A DNA stretch of 64,000 nucleotides from Rickettsiales bacterium UBA4311 (lineage in GTDB: Bacteria > Pseudomonadota > Alphaproteobacteria > Rickettsiales > Deianiraeaceae). Made by a program: the position numbers and the translations under genes. Under the pieces are notes generated by a model. It was not told the DNA's origin. It saw nothing but the letters and a program-made list of their open reading frames with translations, and ran no database searches. Of this stretch, positions 16,787 to 25,684 are shown one piece after another; within the stretch, counting starts at the first letter, position 1, and each line of letters opens with the position of its first letter. Location: the NCBI GenBank assembly GCA_002394665.1, contig DGUL01000007.1, positions 30,860 to 94,859 of the forward strand. The letters are read 5' to 3'.

Positions 16787-17686
16787 TTATCTACTTTTAT
16801 GTTGTCTTCTTTCTTCTCGTCTTTCAAATTTTTTGTCAGTTTTTTCATATTTTTTATTATTCTTATAAACCTTTTTATACTTATCTGAACAATCTTTTTT
16901 CTTCTTTTTTGCTTGTTGCTCGTCCTTTTTTTCTTCTTTTTTCTCAACTTTTTCCTTCTTGCTTTTTTCGTCTTCTTTTTTTTTCTTTCTATAAAACCAA
17001 AAATCTTCCGGCACAGCTTTCTCGCAGATGTAAATTATTGTTCTTTTATTTTTTGAAATTGCTAAACATCCAAAGAAAATAAAGAATAACGCTTGAACAT
17101 AGTCATTATTATCAAATAAAAATATATGCAACAACGTCTTGACTATACCAACAAACATCGCGGATGTTATTGCCACAGATGTATAACCACTTTTTTTTGC
17201 CCCAATAAAAAATGCCACAAGCATACTTATGCCCGTTATTTTATCCAAAACAAAGCCAGTAATAATTATACTGATAAAATTCTTGCTCTCACTTTTAAAC
17301 TTATTGAAAATTGGAAAACTATTTGACAAATGTGCGACTATTGCAGTTATATCCGTGATATACTTATTATTAAAAACCAAGGCACTTATACAAATCCACA
17401 TCAAGCACTTTGTGTTGTCAATAATTTTAAACATTAAATCCTGCGGAACATCTTTTTGAAAGACATTTCTCAACTTCTCGTTTATTTTTTTCAAAAAAGA
17501 CTTTTTATTTTTTTTCTTTTTATTCTTCAAACAATTAAGCTTTTGAAATTGCACTCCGCAAGTAAGAAAAACAACAATCCAAAATGCGAAAATAGAGAAA
17601 ATAAACACAAAATATGCAATAAACCACTCTATTTTAGCGAAAAAAAAACAAAAAACAACGACAAAAGACAAAACTGCGAAAAACAA
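16787..17686 (-). CDS. hypothetical multi-pass membrane protein with Lys/Glu-rich C-terminal tail
   Basis: Several hydrophobic helices and a ~70-aa K/E-rich tail. No recognisable domain. Confidence 0.45.
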   Translation of the reverse strand: MFFAVLSFVVVFCFFFAKIEWFIAYFVFIFSIFAFWIVVFLTCGVQFQKLNCLKNKKKKNKKSFLKKINEKLRNVFQKDVPQDLMFKIIDNTKCLMWICISALVFNNKYITDITAIVAHLSNSFPIFNKFKSESKNFISIIITGFVLDKITGISMLVAFFIGAKKSGYTSVAITSAMFVGIVKTLLHIFLFDNNDYVQALFFIFFGCLAISKNKRTIIYICEKAVPEDFWFYRKKKKEDEKSKKEKVEKKEEKKDEQQAKKKKKDCSDKYKKVYKNNKKYEKTDKKFERREERRQHKSR

Positions 17687-17725
17687 TTTTAGTATAAAAG
17701 AAGTTTTGTCTTCAAAAAAATAAGA

Positions 17726-18373
17726 TTATTTTGAATTTCTATCGTCCCTACATCTAAATAAGTCTTCTTCAAAACCCATTAAATCCGCGGTGCAAACATT
17801 ATCAACAAACTGCATAAATTTTAAGGCAATTTCATAACGACCACAGCTATTTAGCATTTCAGTCAACCTATCACGAAGACGATGCAAATAAAGTACATCG
17901 TTCGCGGCATAACCTTTTTGTGCGTCTGTAAGTTCCTCCGCACCCCAATAACTACATTGCTGCTCTTTCTTTAACTCTATATGTAAAATTTCATTAACCA
18001 ATGTCTTTAAACTATGGCTATCTGTATAAGTTCTTGCAAACCTTGAGGCTATCTTAGTGCAAAATATGTTTTCAATTTTATCAAGATTTAAATACTTTCT
18101 CATTATAGCGACATCAAAACGAGCATAATGAAAAATTTTTTGTCTATCTTTATCCATTAGGAACTTTTTCAAATTCTTACAAGTATAATCATATTTATCC
18201 GCTGGAAAATGAACTAAATAAACTTCTCCACTTTCATCGCAAATTTGCACAACACAAAGCCTATCCCGAACATTATATTTTAGCCCCATTGCTTCGGTAT
18301 CTATTGCTATTGATCCGACCAATTCAATATTATCAGGCAAATCATTTACGTAATACTTCATATCGCGAAACAT
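17726..18373 (-). CDS. rnd: RNase D-like DEDDy 3'-5' exonuclease (short Rickettsiales-type rnd)
   Basis: IAIDTEAMGL (ExoI), IFHYARFDVAIM (ExoII), YAANDVLYLHRL (ExoIII). Start set at the ATG at 18373 (MFRDMKYY); the upstream extension to 18466 is hydrophobic and probably non-coding. Confidence 0.8.
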   Translation of the reverse strand: MFRDMKYYVNDLPDNIELVGSIAIDTEAMGLKYNVRDRLCVVQICDESGEVYLVHFPADKYDYTCKNLKKFLMDKDRQKIFHYARFDVAIMRKYLNLDKIENIFCTKIASRFARTYTDSHSLKTLVNEILHIELKKEQQCSYWGAEELTDAQKGYAANDVLYLHRLRDRLTEMLNSCGRYEIALKFMQFVDNVCTADLMGFEEDLFRCRDDRNSK

Positions 18374-18651
18374 TGCGAATTTAAATGAGTAAAAGTCAAG
18401 ATTTATAACAAATAAAAAGATAAAAAAAAAATGAACAAAAAACTTTTTCCTACAAATCATTGTCAAGCAAAAAATCTTTTTTTTTCAAAAAAAAAAACTT
18501 TTTTTTAAAAACATTTAATGAGTAAATTCCACGACACTTTTTTGTTGTCTCACTTGTTTATTGTTTGTTCACTAATCAGGTTTGGCAATTAGTTATTTTT
18601 TTTGTTTGTTCTTTTTTTTGGTGTCATTTTTTAAGTTTTGATTTTCTTAAA

Positions 18652-20115
18652 ATGGAACAGGCAGAGAGAGTGTGTGTTTGCGGTTATGCAAATGGGGAAA
18701 GTGTTAAAAACGAGCTAACAAATAAAATTGTTTTAGATGTAAAAAACCTTGAAATAAACCAAAAATTAAACTCATTTTTTCATCAACAAATTAAGGCAAA
18801 AATTGGATTAAGAAACTATTTATATCATTTACAGAAAATCATTTTTTCATCTTTTAGTAAAAATAACCTGGCTATAATTGGCAATAACTACGAAGACATT
18901 GAAAATGTAAAAGAAAGATACCATTTTCATATTTGTGAAATATTAAAAGATACTTGGAAAAATAACACCATCAATGCCAGATATTTCTACATTCAAAATG
19001 GACAAATGAAAGAAGTTGTAAAAAACGAAACTTTTAATGAAAAACCAAATTCACAAGTTATTTATTTCAACGAAGCAACAGAAAAACAAACATTTGAAAA
19101 TTTTGTCGTTTCGGAAGAAAATGCAACGGCTTTGGAAATTTGTAAATCAATCGCTTGTTATTCTCAAAAAGAATTAGTTAATGCCGGCAGTGTTGTTTTA
19201 CTTTACGGAGAAGCTGGAACAGGCAAAACTCATTTAATAAATGCAATTTCTGGTTTTTATTCATCGCAAGGCGGAAGAGTTTTTACGATTTCATCAAACA
19301 ATTTCGTTAGAAAATACGGCGAAGCAGTAAAAACTCAAAATGTTTTTTCATTTCAGGATAACATAATACAAAATGAGATTATTATAATTGACGAGATTGA
19401 CCAACTTATTGGAAAAAACGGGACACTCACAGAATTGCAAAAAATCGTCAATCTTGCAATGGAGGAAAACAAATATATCGTTTTTACTTCAAAAATTGCA
19501 CCAAACGCAATGCAAGATAAGAGTATTATCTTAAAAAATATTCTGGCGAATGCCATTACTTTAAAGCTAAAAACACAACAAAATGCCTTAAAAACAACAA
19601 TAGCAATGAACTACATTTGTGATAAAAACATGAATGTACCAATCTCAATAATTCGTGATTTGGTCGTTGCTCTTGATTGCAATGTTAGAGAATTAAAAAA
19701 TTACATCAAAAAATTAGCAATCGTGCAATCAATCAGAAAAATTGAAATCAATACAAGTTTAGCTTTTGAAATTTTGGCAGATGATATACAACAAGATAAA
19801 AAAAAGAAAAAAGTTATTACAAACGAAGAAATCGTTGATTTAGTCGCAAATTATTACAATCTTCAATCAAATGATTTAAAATCTTCAATAAAACAAAAAA
19901 ATGTCTGTAAAGCAAGAAGTATAGCGATGTATTTAATGCGTGATATAAATAGTGCAAACTTTCAAGAAATAGGCAAAATTTTAAACCGCAATCATTCAAC
20001 AATTATTTCAGGAATAAAAAATGTAGAACAATGGTTGAACGAAGACAAAAAACTCCCAAGTGAAATTGCAGATTTAAGAAGTGGATTACAAAAAGTTTGC
20101 GGAAGTTTGTTTTAA
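18652..20115 (+). CDS. dnaA: chromosomal replication initiator DnaA
   Basis: LLYGEAGTGKTHL Walker A, IIIIDEIDQL Walker B, and C-terminal DNA-binding ARSIAMYLMRD...HSTIISGIKNVE. The ATG at 18652 is preferred over the TTG at 18565. Confidence 0.9.
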   Translation: MEQAERVCVCGYANGESVKNELTNKIVLDVKNLEINQKLNSFFHQQIKAKIGLRNYLYHLQKIIFSSFSKNNLAIIGNNYEDIENVKERYHFHICEILKDTWKNNTINARYFYIQNGQMKEVVKNETFNEKPNSQVIYFNEATEKQTFENFVVSEENATALEICKSIACYSQKELVNAGSVVLLYGEAGTGKTHLINAISGFYSSQGGRVFTISSNNFVRKYGEAVKTQNVFSFQDNIIQNEIIIIDEIDQLIGKNGTLTELQKIVNLAMEENKYIVFTSKIAPNAMQDKSIILKNILANAITLKLKTQQNALKTTIAMNYICDKNMNVPISIIRDLVVALDCNVRELKNYIKKLAIVQSIRKIEINTSLAFEILADDIQQDKKKKKVITNEEIVDLVANYYNLQSNDLKSSIKQKNVCKARSIAMYLMRDINSANFQEIGKILNRNHSTIISGIKNVEQWLNEDKKLPSEIADLRSGLQKVCGSLF

Positions 20116-20370
20116 GATAAAAAGAAAATAAAAATAAACAATAATCCTAAAAAATAACTTTGAAAAACTAAAAAGATGCGAAAAAAAATCACTCAAAATT
20201 GACAAAATAAAATTAAAAGGGCTTAAAAGAAAAACATATCAAATATAGAACAACCAAATAACAATGAAGATTAAAAAGAACAGAAATAATTGATATAAAA
20301 ACAAAAAAACAGACAAGCACAAACGGAGGAAAAAACTCCGCATTGCTTTCTATGAAACAATTTTATTAAA

Positions 20371-20661
20371 CTAATCTTCTATTATTGCAATAATATCGCA
20401 TTCCTTCATCACAACCAAGGCCTCGCCGTCCATTTTTACCTCCGTGCCAGACCATTTTGTAAATAAAACTTTATCACCTTCCTTGACGACTGGTTTTATT
20501 ATTTGTCCGTTGTCTGTAATTCTTCCCTCGCCAACGCCAATTACAATACCCTGAACTGGTTTTTCTTTTGCTGTATCTGGTATAATCAAACCGCCGGAGG
20601 TTTTACTTTCACTTTCTAACCTTCTTATCAAAACATACTCACGAATTGGTTTTACTTTCAT
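20371..20661 (-). CDS. groES: co-chaperonin GroES
   Basis: KPIREYVLIRR...SGGLIIPDTAKEKPVQGIVIGVGEG...GDKVLF, 96 aa. Confidence 0.95.
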   Translation of the reverse strand: MKVKPIREYVLIRRLESESKTSGGLIIPDTAKEKPVQGIVIGVGEGRITDNGQIIKPVVKEGDKVLFTKWSGTEVKMDGEALVVMKECDIIAIIED

Positions 20662-20757
20662 ATCTTAATCCACGAGGAAAAGTAATTGAATATTTTTTTT
20701 TTCAAGGGTGAAAAAAATATTATTGCTCCGCATTGATTTTTTATGCCTATATTTCAA

Positions 20758-21186
20758 TCAGCTTTTTAGCTCTAAAATCACGCTCGCTACAATAAAACCT
20801 CCGTCTCCACTTGTTGAAACATGAAACGATAAAAATTGCAGTTCTTCCTTTTTTAACGCATAAAACCGCCCTATTGTGGTCAATATTTTTTCATTTGTTT
20901 TAATAATTGGCTTATCCGTAAAAGGCTCTTTCTCTTCTTTTAATAACACAATGTCACTAAAATGTAAAACCGCACCATTTACGAGCCCGCAACCAATTGC
21001 TTTACTTGTTGCCTCCTTTACCGCCCAATGCTTTGCTAAAAAAGCGACAATTTTACTCGTATTTTTCGGCATCAATTCGATTTCTTCGGAGGACAAAATT
21101 TTTTTTACAAACCTATCGCCGAATTTATTAAAAGTTTTTTCTATTCTTGAAATTTCAACTATGTCAATTCCGTTGCCTAATATCAT
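20758..21186 (-). CDS. acpS: holo-[acyl-carrier-protein] synthase AcpS
   Basis: GNGIDIVEISRIEK, HWAVKEATSKAIG. Confidence 0.85.
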   Translation of the reverse strand: MILGNGIDIVEISRIEKTFNKFGDRFVKKILSSEEIELMPKNTSKIVAFLAKHWAVKEATSKAIGCGLVNGAVLHFSDIVLLKEEKEPFTDKPIIKTNEKILTTIGRFYALKKEELQFLSFHVSTSGDGGFIVASVILELKS

Positions 21187-21222
21187 TATTGCAAATAAAT
21201 AACAGCATTCAAAAATGTCAAA

Positions 21223-21870
21223 GTGTTTTTTGAAAAACCAAAACTTATAATTTACGATATGAACGAAACGCTCGTTTCAAGCGAGTGTGTTTATATCCAC
21301 GCGTTTAATAAATTGCTAAATCAATACGGCTACCCAAGCGTGCAAAAAGATTATATGGATTATATCCACGATATGACTTGCGAAGCGGTAAATGAAGCCT
21401 GGTTTGGTGTAAAAATGGAGCAAAAAATACATCAAGAATACGAACTTTATTACAAATCTTCAAGCTATAATCACCTAACAATAATCAATAATTCACTTAA
21501 TTTTATTAAAAAATGTCATAATCAAGGACTTAAACAAGTGATTATTACAAATAAACCAGATTTTATTGCAATTCCAGAGCTAAAACGGCTTGGTTTTTTT
21601 GATTTTATTGACCTCGTAATTGGCAAAAATGAAAAATATAAAAAAGGTTCTAAAAAAATGCTAAATTTAATTTTAAAAAAACTCAATTTTTTAGATGAAA
21701 AAAACACACTTTGCCGTGAAAAAAACCTATGGATTTTTGGCAACTCAATGCAAGAATACAGAATTGCAGAAAACTACAATGCGAAGTTGTTTTTATGTTG
21801 TAAAATCAACGAACAAAAAGAGAAAAAAATAATATACACGAATAACTTTAATGAAATTGAATTTTTGTAA
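21223..21870 (+). CDS. HAD-superfamily hydrolase (motif I variant D-M-N-E-T)
   Basis: LIIYDMNETLV, VIITNKP, and a C-terminal FGNS region. GTG start. Confidence 0.6.
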   Translation: MFFEKPKLIIYDMNETLVSSECVYIHAFNKLLNQYGYPSVQKDYMDYIHDMTCEAVNEAWFGVKMEQKIHQEYELYYKSSSYNHLTIINNSLNFIKKCHNQGLKQVIITNKPDFIAIPELKRLGFFDFIDLVIGKNEKYKKGSKKMLNLILKKLNFLDEKNTLCREKNLWIFGNSMQEYRIAENYNAKLFLCCKINEQKEKKIIYTNNFNEIEFL

Positions 21871-21920
21871 GTTCAGTTTTATAAACTTGAATTTAAAAAT
21901 AAGTAAATTTTATCAAGACG

Positions 21921-24503
21921 ATGCCAGTTTTTTTAAAAAAGCTTTTTCCAAGTGTTAATGATAAAGCTTTAAAAAAGTATTTTGCAATAGTTAAGAAAAT
22001 AAACGAAAAAGAAGAGGAAATTCAAAAGCTTTCAGACGAACAATTGAGAGAAAAAACAAAAATTTTCAAAGAAAAAATAGCCAAAAAAATTAAAGAAAAC
22101 GTAAACAAAGAGGACAAGATCGATGAAATAATAAAACACGAGCTTGATTTAATTCTGCCGGAAGCTTTTGCCGTTGTACGTGAGGCTTCAAGGAGAGTTT
22201 TAGGGATGCGTCATTTCGATGTTCAGCTAATTGGTGGAATGGTTTTACACGACGGGTGTATTGCGGAAATGAAAACTGGCGAAGGAAAAACCCTTGTCGC
22301 TACATTGCCGGCATATTTAAATGCCCTCACTGGAAGAGGTGTTCATATCGTCACTGTAAACGACTACCTTGTAAAAAGAGATAGCGATTGGATGGGTAAA
22401 CTTTACAGCTTTCTCGGTCTTTCTGTCGGTTGCGTCGTTGATGAAACTCCGCAAGAAAATCGTAAAGCAGAATATCAAAAAGATATAACTTATGCAACAA
22501 ATAACGAACTTGGTTTTGACTACTTACGAGATAATATGCGAGCGACTTTGCAGGAAATGACTATTGTTGATAGAGGTTTTAATTTTGCAATAGTTGACGA
22601 GGTTGACTCCATTTTAATAGACGAAGCAAGAACACCATTGATAATTTCGGGACCTACACAACACGATCCAAAGCTTTACGTGGAAATTGACAAAGTAATA
22701 AAAAAGCTAAAACCAGAAGATTATCAGATTGATGAAAAACATAAAAATGTTCAACTTACCGATTTGGGAAATCAGCACGTAGAGGAATTGCTTCACAGAA
22801 GCGGAATTTTACCACAAGGCGAGGAACTTTATAGTTCAAATTCGTACGCACTTTTAAACTTTATAGTGCAAGCTTTAAGAGCTAATACAATTTTTAAAAA
22901 TGGTGTTGATTACATCGTAAAAGATAAACAAGCGATGATAATTGATGAATTTACCGGTAGAATAATGGACGGCAGGAGATATAGCGAAGGATTACACCAA
23001 GCAATAGAGGCGAAAGAAGGGCTAAAAGTTGCACCGGAAAATCAAACGTTAGCATCAATTACATATCAAAACTTTTTTAGACTATACAATAAATTGAGCG
23101 GAATGACTGGAACCGCCAAAACGGAAGCATCTGAGTTTTACGATATTTATAAATTGCCAATCATTACAATACCGACAAATAAAAAGATAACAAGGCAGGA
23201 TTTAGATGATTTAGTTTATAAAAACGAAGAAGAAAAATTTAATGCAATCATTGAAGAAGTTAAAAAAACACACAAAACAGGACAACCTATATTGATAGGA
23301 ACGGCAAGCATAGATAAATCGGAAAAGCTTTCCGAAATGCTAAAAAAAGAGGGCTTAAAGCATAACTTACTGAATGCAAAATATCACGAAAAAGAAGCAG
23401 AAATTATCGCAGAAGCAGGTAGATTTGGAGCTATAACAATAGCGACAAATATGGCAGGTCGTGGAACCGATATAATGCTTGGTGGAAATATTCAAAAAGA
23501 AACAGACAGAGCGATAGAGACAGCAATGCGAAATAATATGGAAAAACTTGAAAAAGCAAACAATGCAAAAAACGAAGAAGAAAGAAATAAGATTTTATCC
23601 GAAGTAGTTGAAGTAAATGCCGAACAAATTGCAGAAGATATAAGACAAAAACACAAGAAAGAATATGACGAAGTTGTAAAAGCTGGCGGATTGCTGGTTA
23701 TAGGTAGCGAAAGACACGAAAGTAGAAGAATTGATAACCAATTAATTGGTCGTGCTGGCCGTCAAGGCGATCCGGGAAAAACTCAATTTTATTTGTCATT
23801 ACACGATAACCTTTTGAGAATTTTCGGCGGGGACAGAATTGATAAATTTCTATCTCGTTTTGGTTTTAAAGGTGGCGAAGCGATGGATCACCCAATGCTG
23901 ACAAGTATAATAAATAAATCACAGAAAAAAATTGAAAACTATCATTATGAAATTAGAAAAAATGTATTGAAATACGATGATATAGTTAATGAACAAAGAA
24001 AAATTATTTATGAACAAAGAATGAATTTTGTTCGTTCAAACAATATGCGAGGGATCGTAAAACAGGTCATCAATGATGTTAATGCAGATATTCTGGAACA
24101 AGCAACAGAAAATGATAAAGTCAATCCGCTTAAATTAAAGGATTTAGTTGCAGATACATACTTATTTCCAAGAGCAAGTGTGAATATTTCAAATTATGAT
24201 TTAGAACATTTAAACAACACTTGCAACTTCATTTATTCAACGAAATTCAACGGATTGGAGTTTGAAATTCTTGAAGAGGTTCAACGAAGAATTTTACTCC
24301 AAACCCTTGACGAATGCTGGCGAGAACACCTTTACTATTTAGATCATATAAAAGAAGGAATACATCTTCGCTCCTACGCACATAAAGATCCATTTAATGA
24401 ATACAAGTTCGAGTGCTATAACTTGATGCAAAAAACGATGAATAATTTTATTTATGTTGCCATTAAAAGATTGTTTAATGTAAAAATTAGTGCTGATGAG
24501 TAA
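21921..24503 (+). CDS. secA: preprotein translocase ATPase SecA
   Basis: MRHFDVQLIGG, MKTGEGKTLVATLP, VDEVDSILIDEARTPLIISG, TNMAGRGTDI, GRAGRQGDPG. Confidence 0.97.
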   Translation: MPVFLKKLFPSVNDKALKKYFAIVKKINEKEEEIQKLSDEQLREKTKIFKEKIAKKIKENVNKEDKIDEIIKHELDLILPEAFAVVREASRRVLGMRHFDVQLIGGMVLHDGCIAEMKTGEGKTLVATLPAYLNALTGRGVHIVTVNDYLVKRDSDWMGKLYSFLGLSVGCVVDETPQENRKAEYQKDITYATNNELGFDYLRDNMRATLQEMTIVDRGFNFAIVDEVDSILIDEARTPLIISGPTQHDPKLYVEIDKVIKKLKPEDYQIDEKHKNVQLTDLGNQHVEELLHRSGILPQGEELYSSNSYALLNFIVQALRANTIFKNGVDYIVKDKQAMIIDEFTGRIMDGRRYSEGLHQAIEAKEGLKVAPENQTLASITYQNFFRLYNKLSGMTGTAKTEASEFYDIYKLPIITIPTNKKITRQDLDDLVYKNEEEKFNAIIEEVKKTHKTGQPILIGTASIDKSEKLSEMLKKEGLKHNLLNAKYHEKEAEIIAEAGRFGAITIATNMAGRGTDIMLGGNIQKETDRAIETAMRNNMEKLEKANNAKNEEERNKILSEVVEVNAEQIAEDIRQKHKKEYDEVVKAGGLLVIGSERHESRRIDNQLIGRAGRQGDPGKTQFYLSLHDNLLRIFGGDRIDKFLSRFGFKGGEAMDHPMLTSIINKSQKKIENYHYEIRKNVLKYDDIVNEQRKIIYEQRMNFVRSNNMRGIVKQVINDVNADILEQATENDKVNPLKLKDLVADTYLFPRASVNISNYDLEHLNNTCNFIYSTKFNGLEFEILEEVQRRILLQTLDECWREHLYYLDHIKEGIHLRSYAHKDPFNEYKFECYNLMQKTMNNFIYVAIKRLFNVKISADE

Positions 24504-24507
24504 TTTT

Positions 24508-25344
24508 ATGTCTTTTAAAACATTGTTTTTTGTTTTTGTAATCCCTTTCGTTTCTGTTTTATTGGCTTTTTCATTGTTTTTGTGCTTTAAGTGCAAGATA
24601 AAAGCAAGAACTAAAATAATCGGTGTAATATCGGATTATCAGGTAGACGAGAGCAGACCGGACAATTTGAGACATCTGCACGATTATTTTAAATTAAAAA
24701 ACAGATGGATAGCGAGTTTTACGAAAGTCTGCGATACGAAAAAGGCAACTTTCATTATTCTTCCAGTATCACCAGAACAAGTTGATAACTTTGCTAACTT
24801 AGTAGATGGCATTGTATTTGCTGGCGGTCAAGATATTGATGCAAAATATTTCGGTCAAGTAAAACATCCAACGACAGACACCGACAGCATTAAAAGAACA
24901 GAATTTGAACTATCAATTGCCAAGAAAATGATAGCGAGAAAGAAACCAATATTAGGAATATGTAGAGGGGCTCAAATTTTAAATGTAGCAAATGGAGGTG
25001 ATATAATTCAAGACATTCCTTCGTATATTAAAACTGACATTATCCACTCTGGCGAAATAATAGAAAAAGTAAGACATTCTATAAATATAGACAAAAATAG
25101 CCTTTTATACAAAATTCTTGGGAAAGAAAAAATAGATGTGAATTCAGCACACCATCAAGCTGTTGGAAAAGTTGGTGATAACTTAAAAATAACTGCAAAA
25201 GCACCCGATAGCGTAAACGAGGCAATTGAATTAAATAATGCGGATTTCTTTTACCTTGGGGTACAGTGGCACCCAGAAGCATTGACGACGCCAGATGATG
25301 AAAAAATTCTAAAAGCATTTTGCGATGCAGTCGTAAACTCTTGA
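24508..25344 (+). CDS. membrane-anchored class I glutamine amidotransferase / peptidase C26 (PuuD-like gamma-glutamyl hydrolase family)
   Basis: N-terminal TM helix, PILGICRGAQILNVANGG, HHQAV, GVQWHPE. The ATG at 24508 follows the secA stop; the ORF track uses the GTG at 24490. Confidence 0.75.
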   Translation: MSFKTLFFVFVIPFVSVLLAFSLFLCFKCKIKARTKIIGVISDYQVDESRPDNLRHLHDYFKLKNRWIASFTKVCDTKKATFIILPVSPEQVDNFANLVDGIVFAGGQDIDAKYFGQVKHPTTDTDSIKRTEFELSIAKKMIARKKPILGICRGAQILNVANGGDIIQDIPSYIKTDIIHSGEIIEKVRHSINIDKNSLLYKILGKEKIDVNSAHHQAVGKVGDNLKITAKAPDSVNEAIELNNADFFYLGVQWHPEALTTPDDEKILKAFCDAVVNS

Positions 25345-25387
25345 CTATTATTTGTTTAGTCGTCCCATATCTTGGCTTTGTGTTCTT

Positions 25388-25684
25388 ATGTTTAAAATTC
25401 TTTCTTCCCATTGGTTGTCTTTTGTTTGCATCTTATGTTTGTCATCTTGTGCAACTTTAATGGGAGAGAAGGCAAAAGAAGATGCTTTACAAGCAGCGAA
25501 TAAAAAAGCAAAATCAATGGGTCTAAAAGTCGGCTCTGCCTGTAAATATGTTGGCTTCGTAGGAGATAACAGCGAGAAAAAAGCACTTGCAAATGGCGGT
25601 ATAAAAATCAAAATGTTCTCAGTTAATGCGGGTGGCTTGATTAAAAATTGCACTTATGTTTATGGAAAAGATAAATTATTCTAA
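25388..25684 (+). CDS. small putative lipoprotein
   Basis: MFKILSSHWLSFVCILCLSSC has a lipobox L-S-S-C. The ATG at 25388 was chosen over the upstream start at 25352. Confidence 0.5.
   Translation: MFKILSSHWLSFVCILCLSSCATLMGEKAKEDALQAANKKAKSMGLKVGSACKYVGFVGDNSEKKALANGGIKIKMFSVNAGGLIKNCTYVYGKDKLF

Noticed and set aside
18374-18466. N-terminal extensions in ORF-track models: rnd to 18466, efp to 27819, dnaA from 18565, ybeY to 33654, and the 230-aa version of 44686-45378.
   Set aside because: The extensions are hydrophobic or low-complexity, or overlap neighbouring genes. Conserved protein N-termini begin at internal ATGs, so the shorter models were used.
20116-20370. A-rich 255-nt dnaA/groES convergent spacer, considered as a possible oriC or ncRNA. 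It includes the hairpin CGGAG-N7-CTCCG at 20324-20340 as a possible groES terminator.
   Set aside because: There are no convincing DnaA boxes. The hairpin has only a 5-bp stem and an interrupted T-tract on the groES strand, which is too weak to call as a feature.
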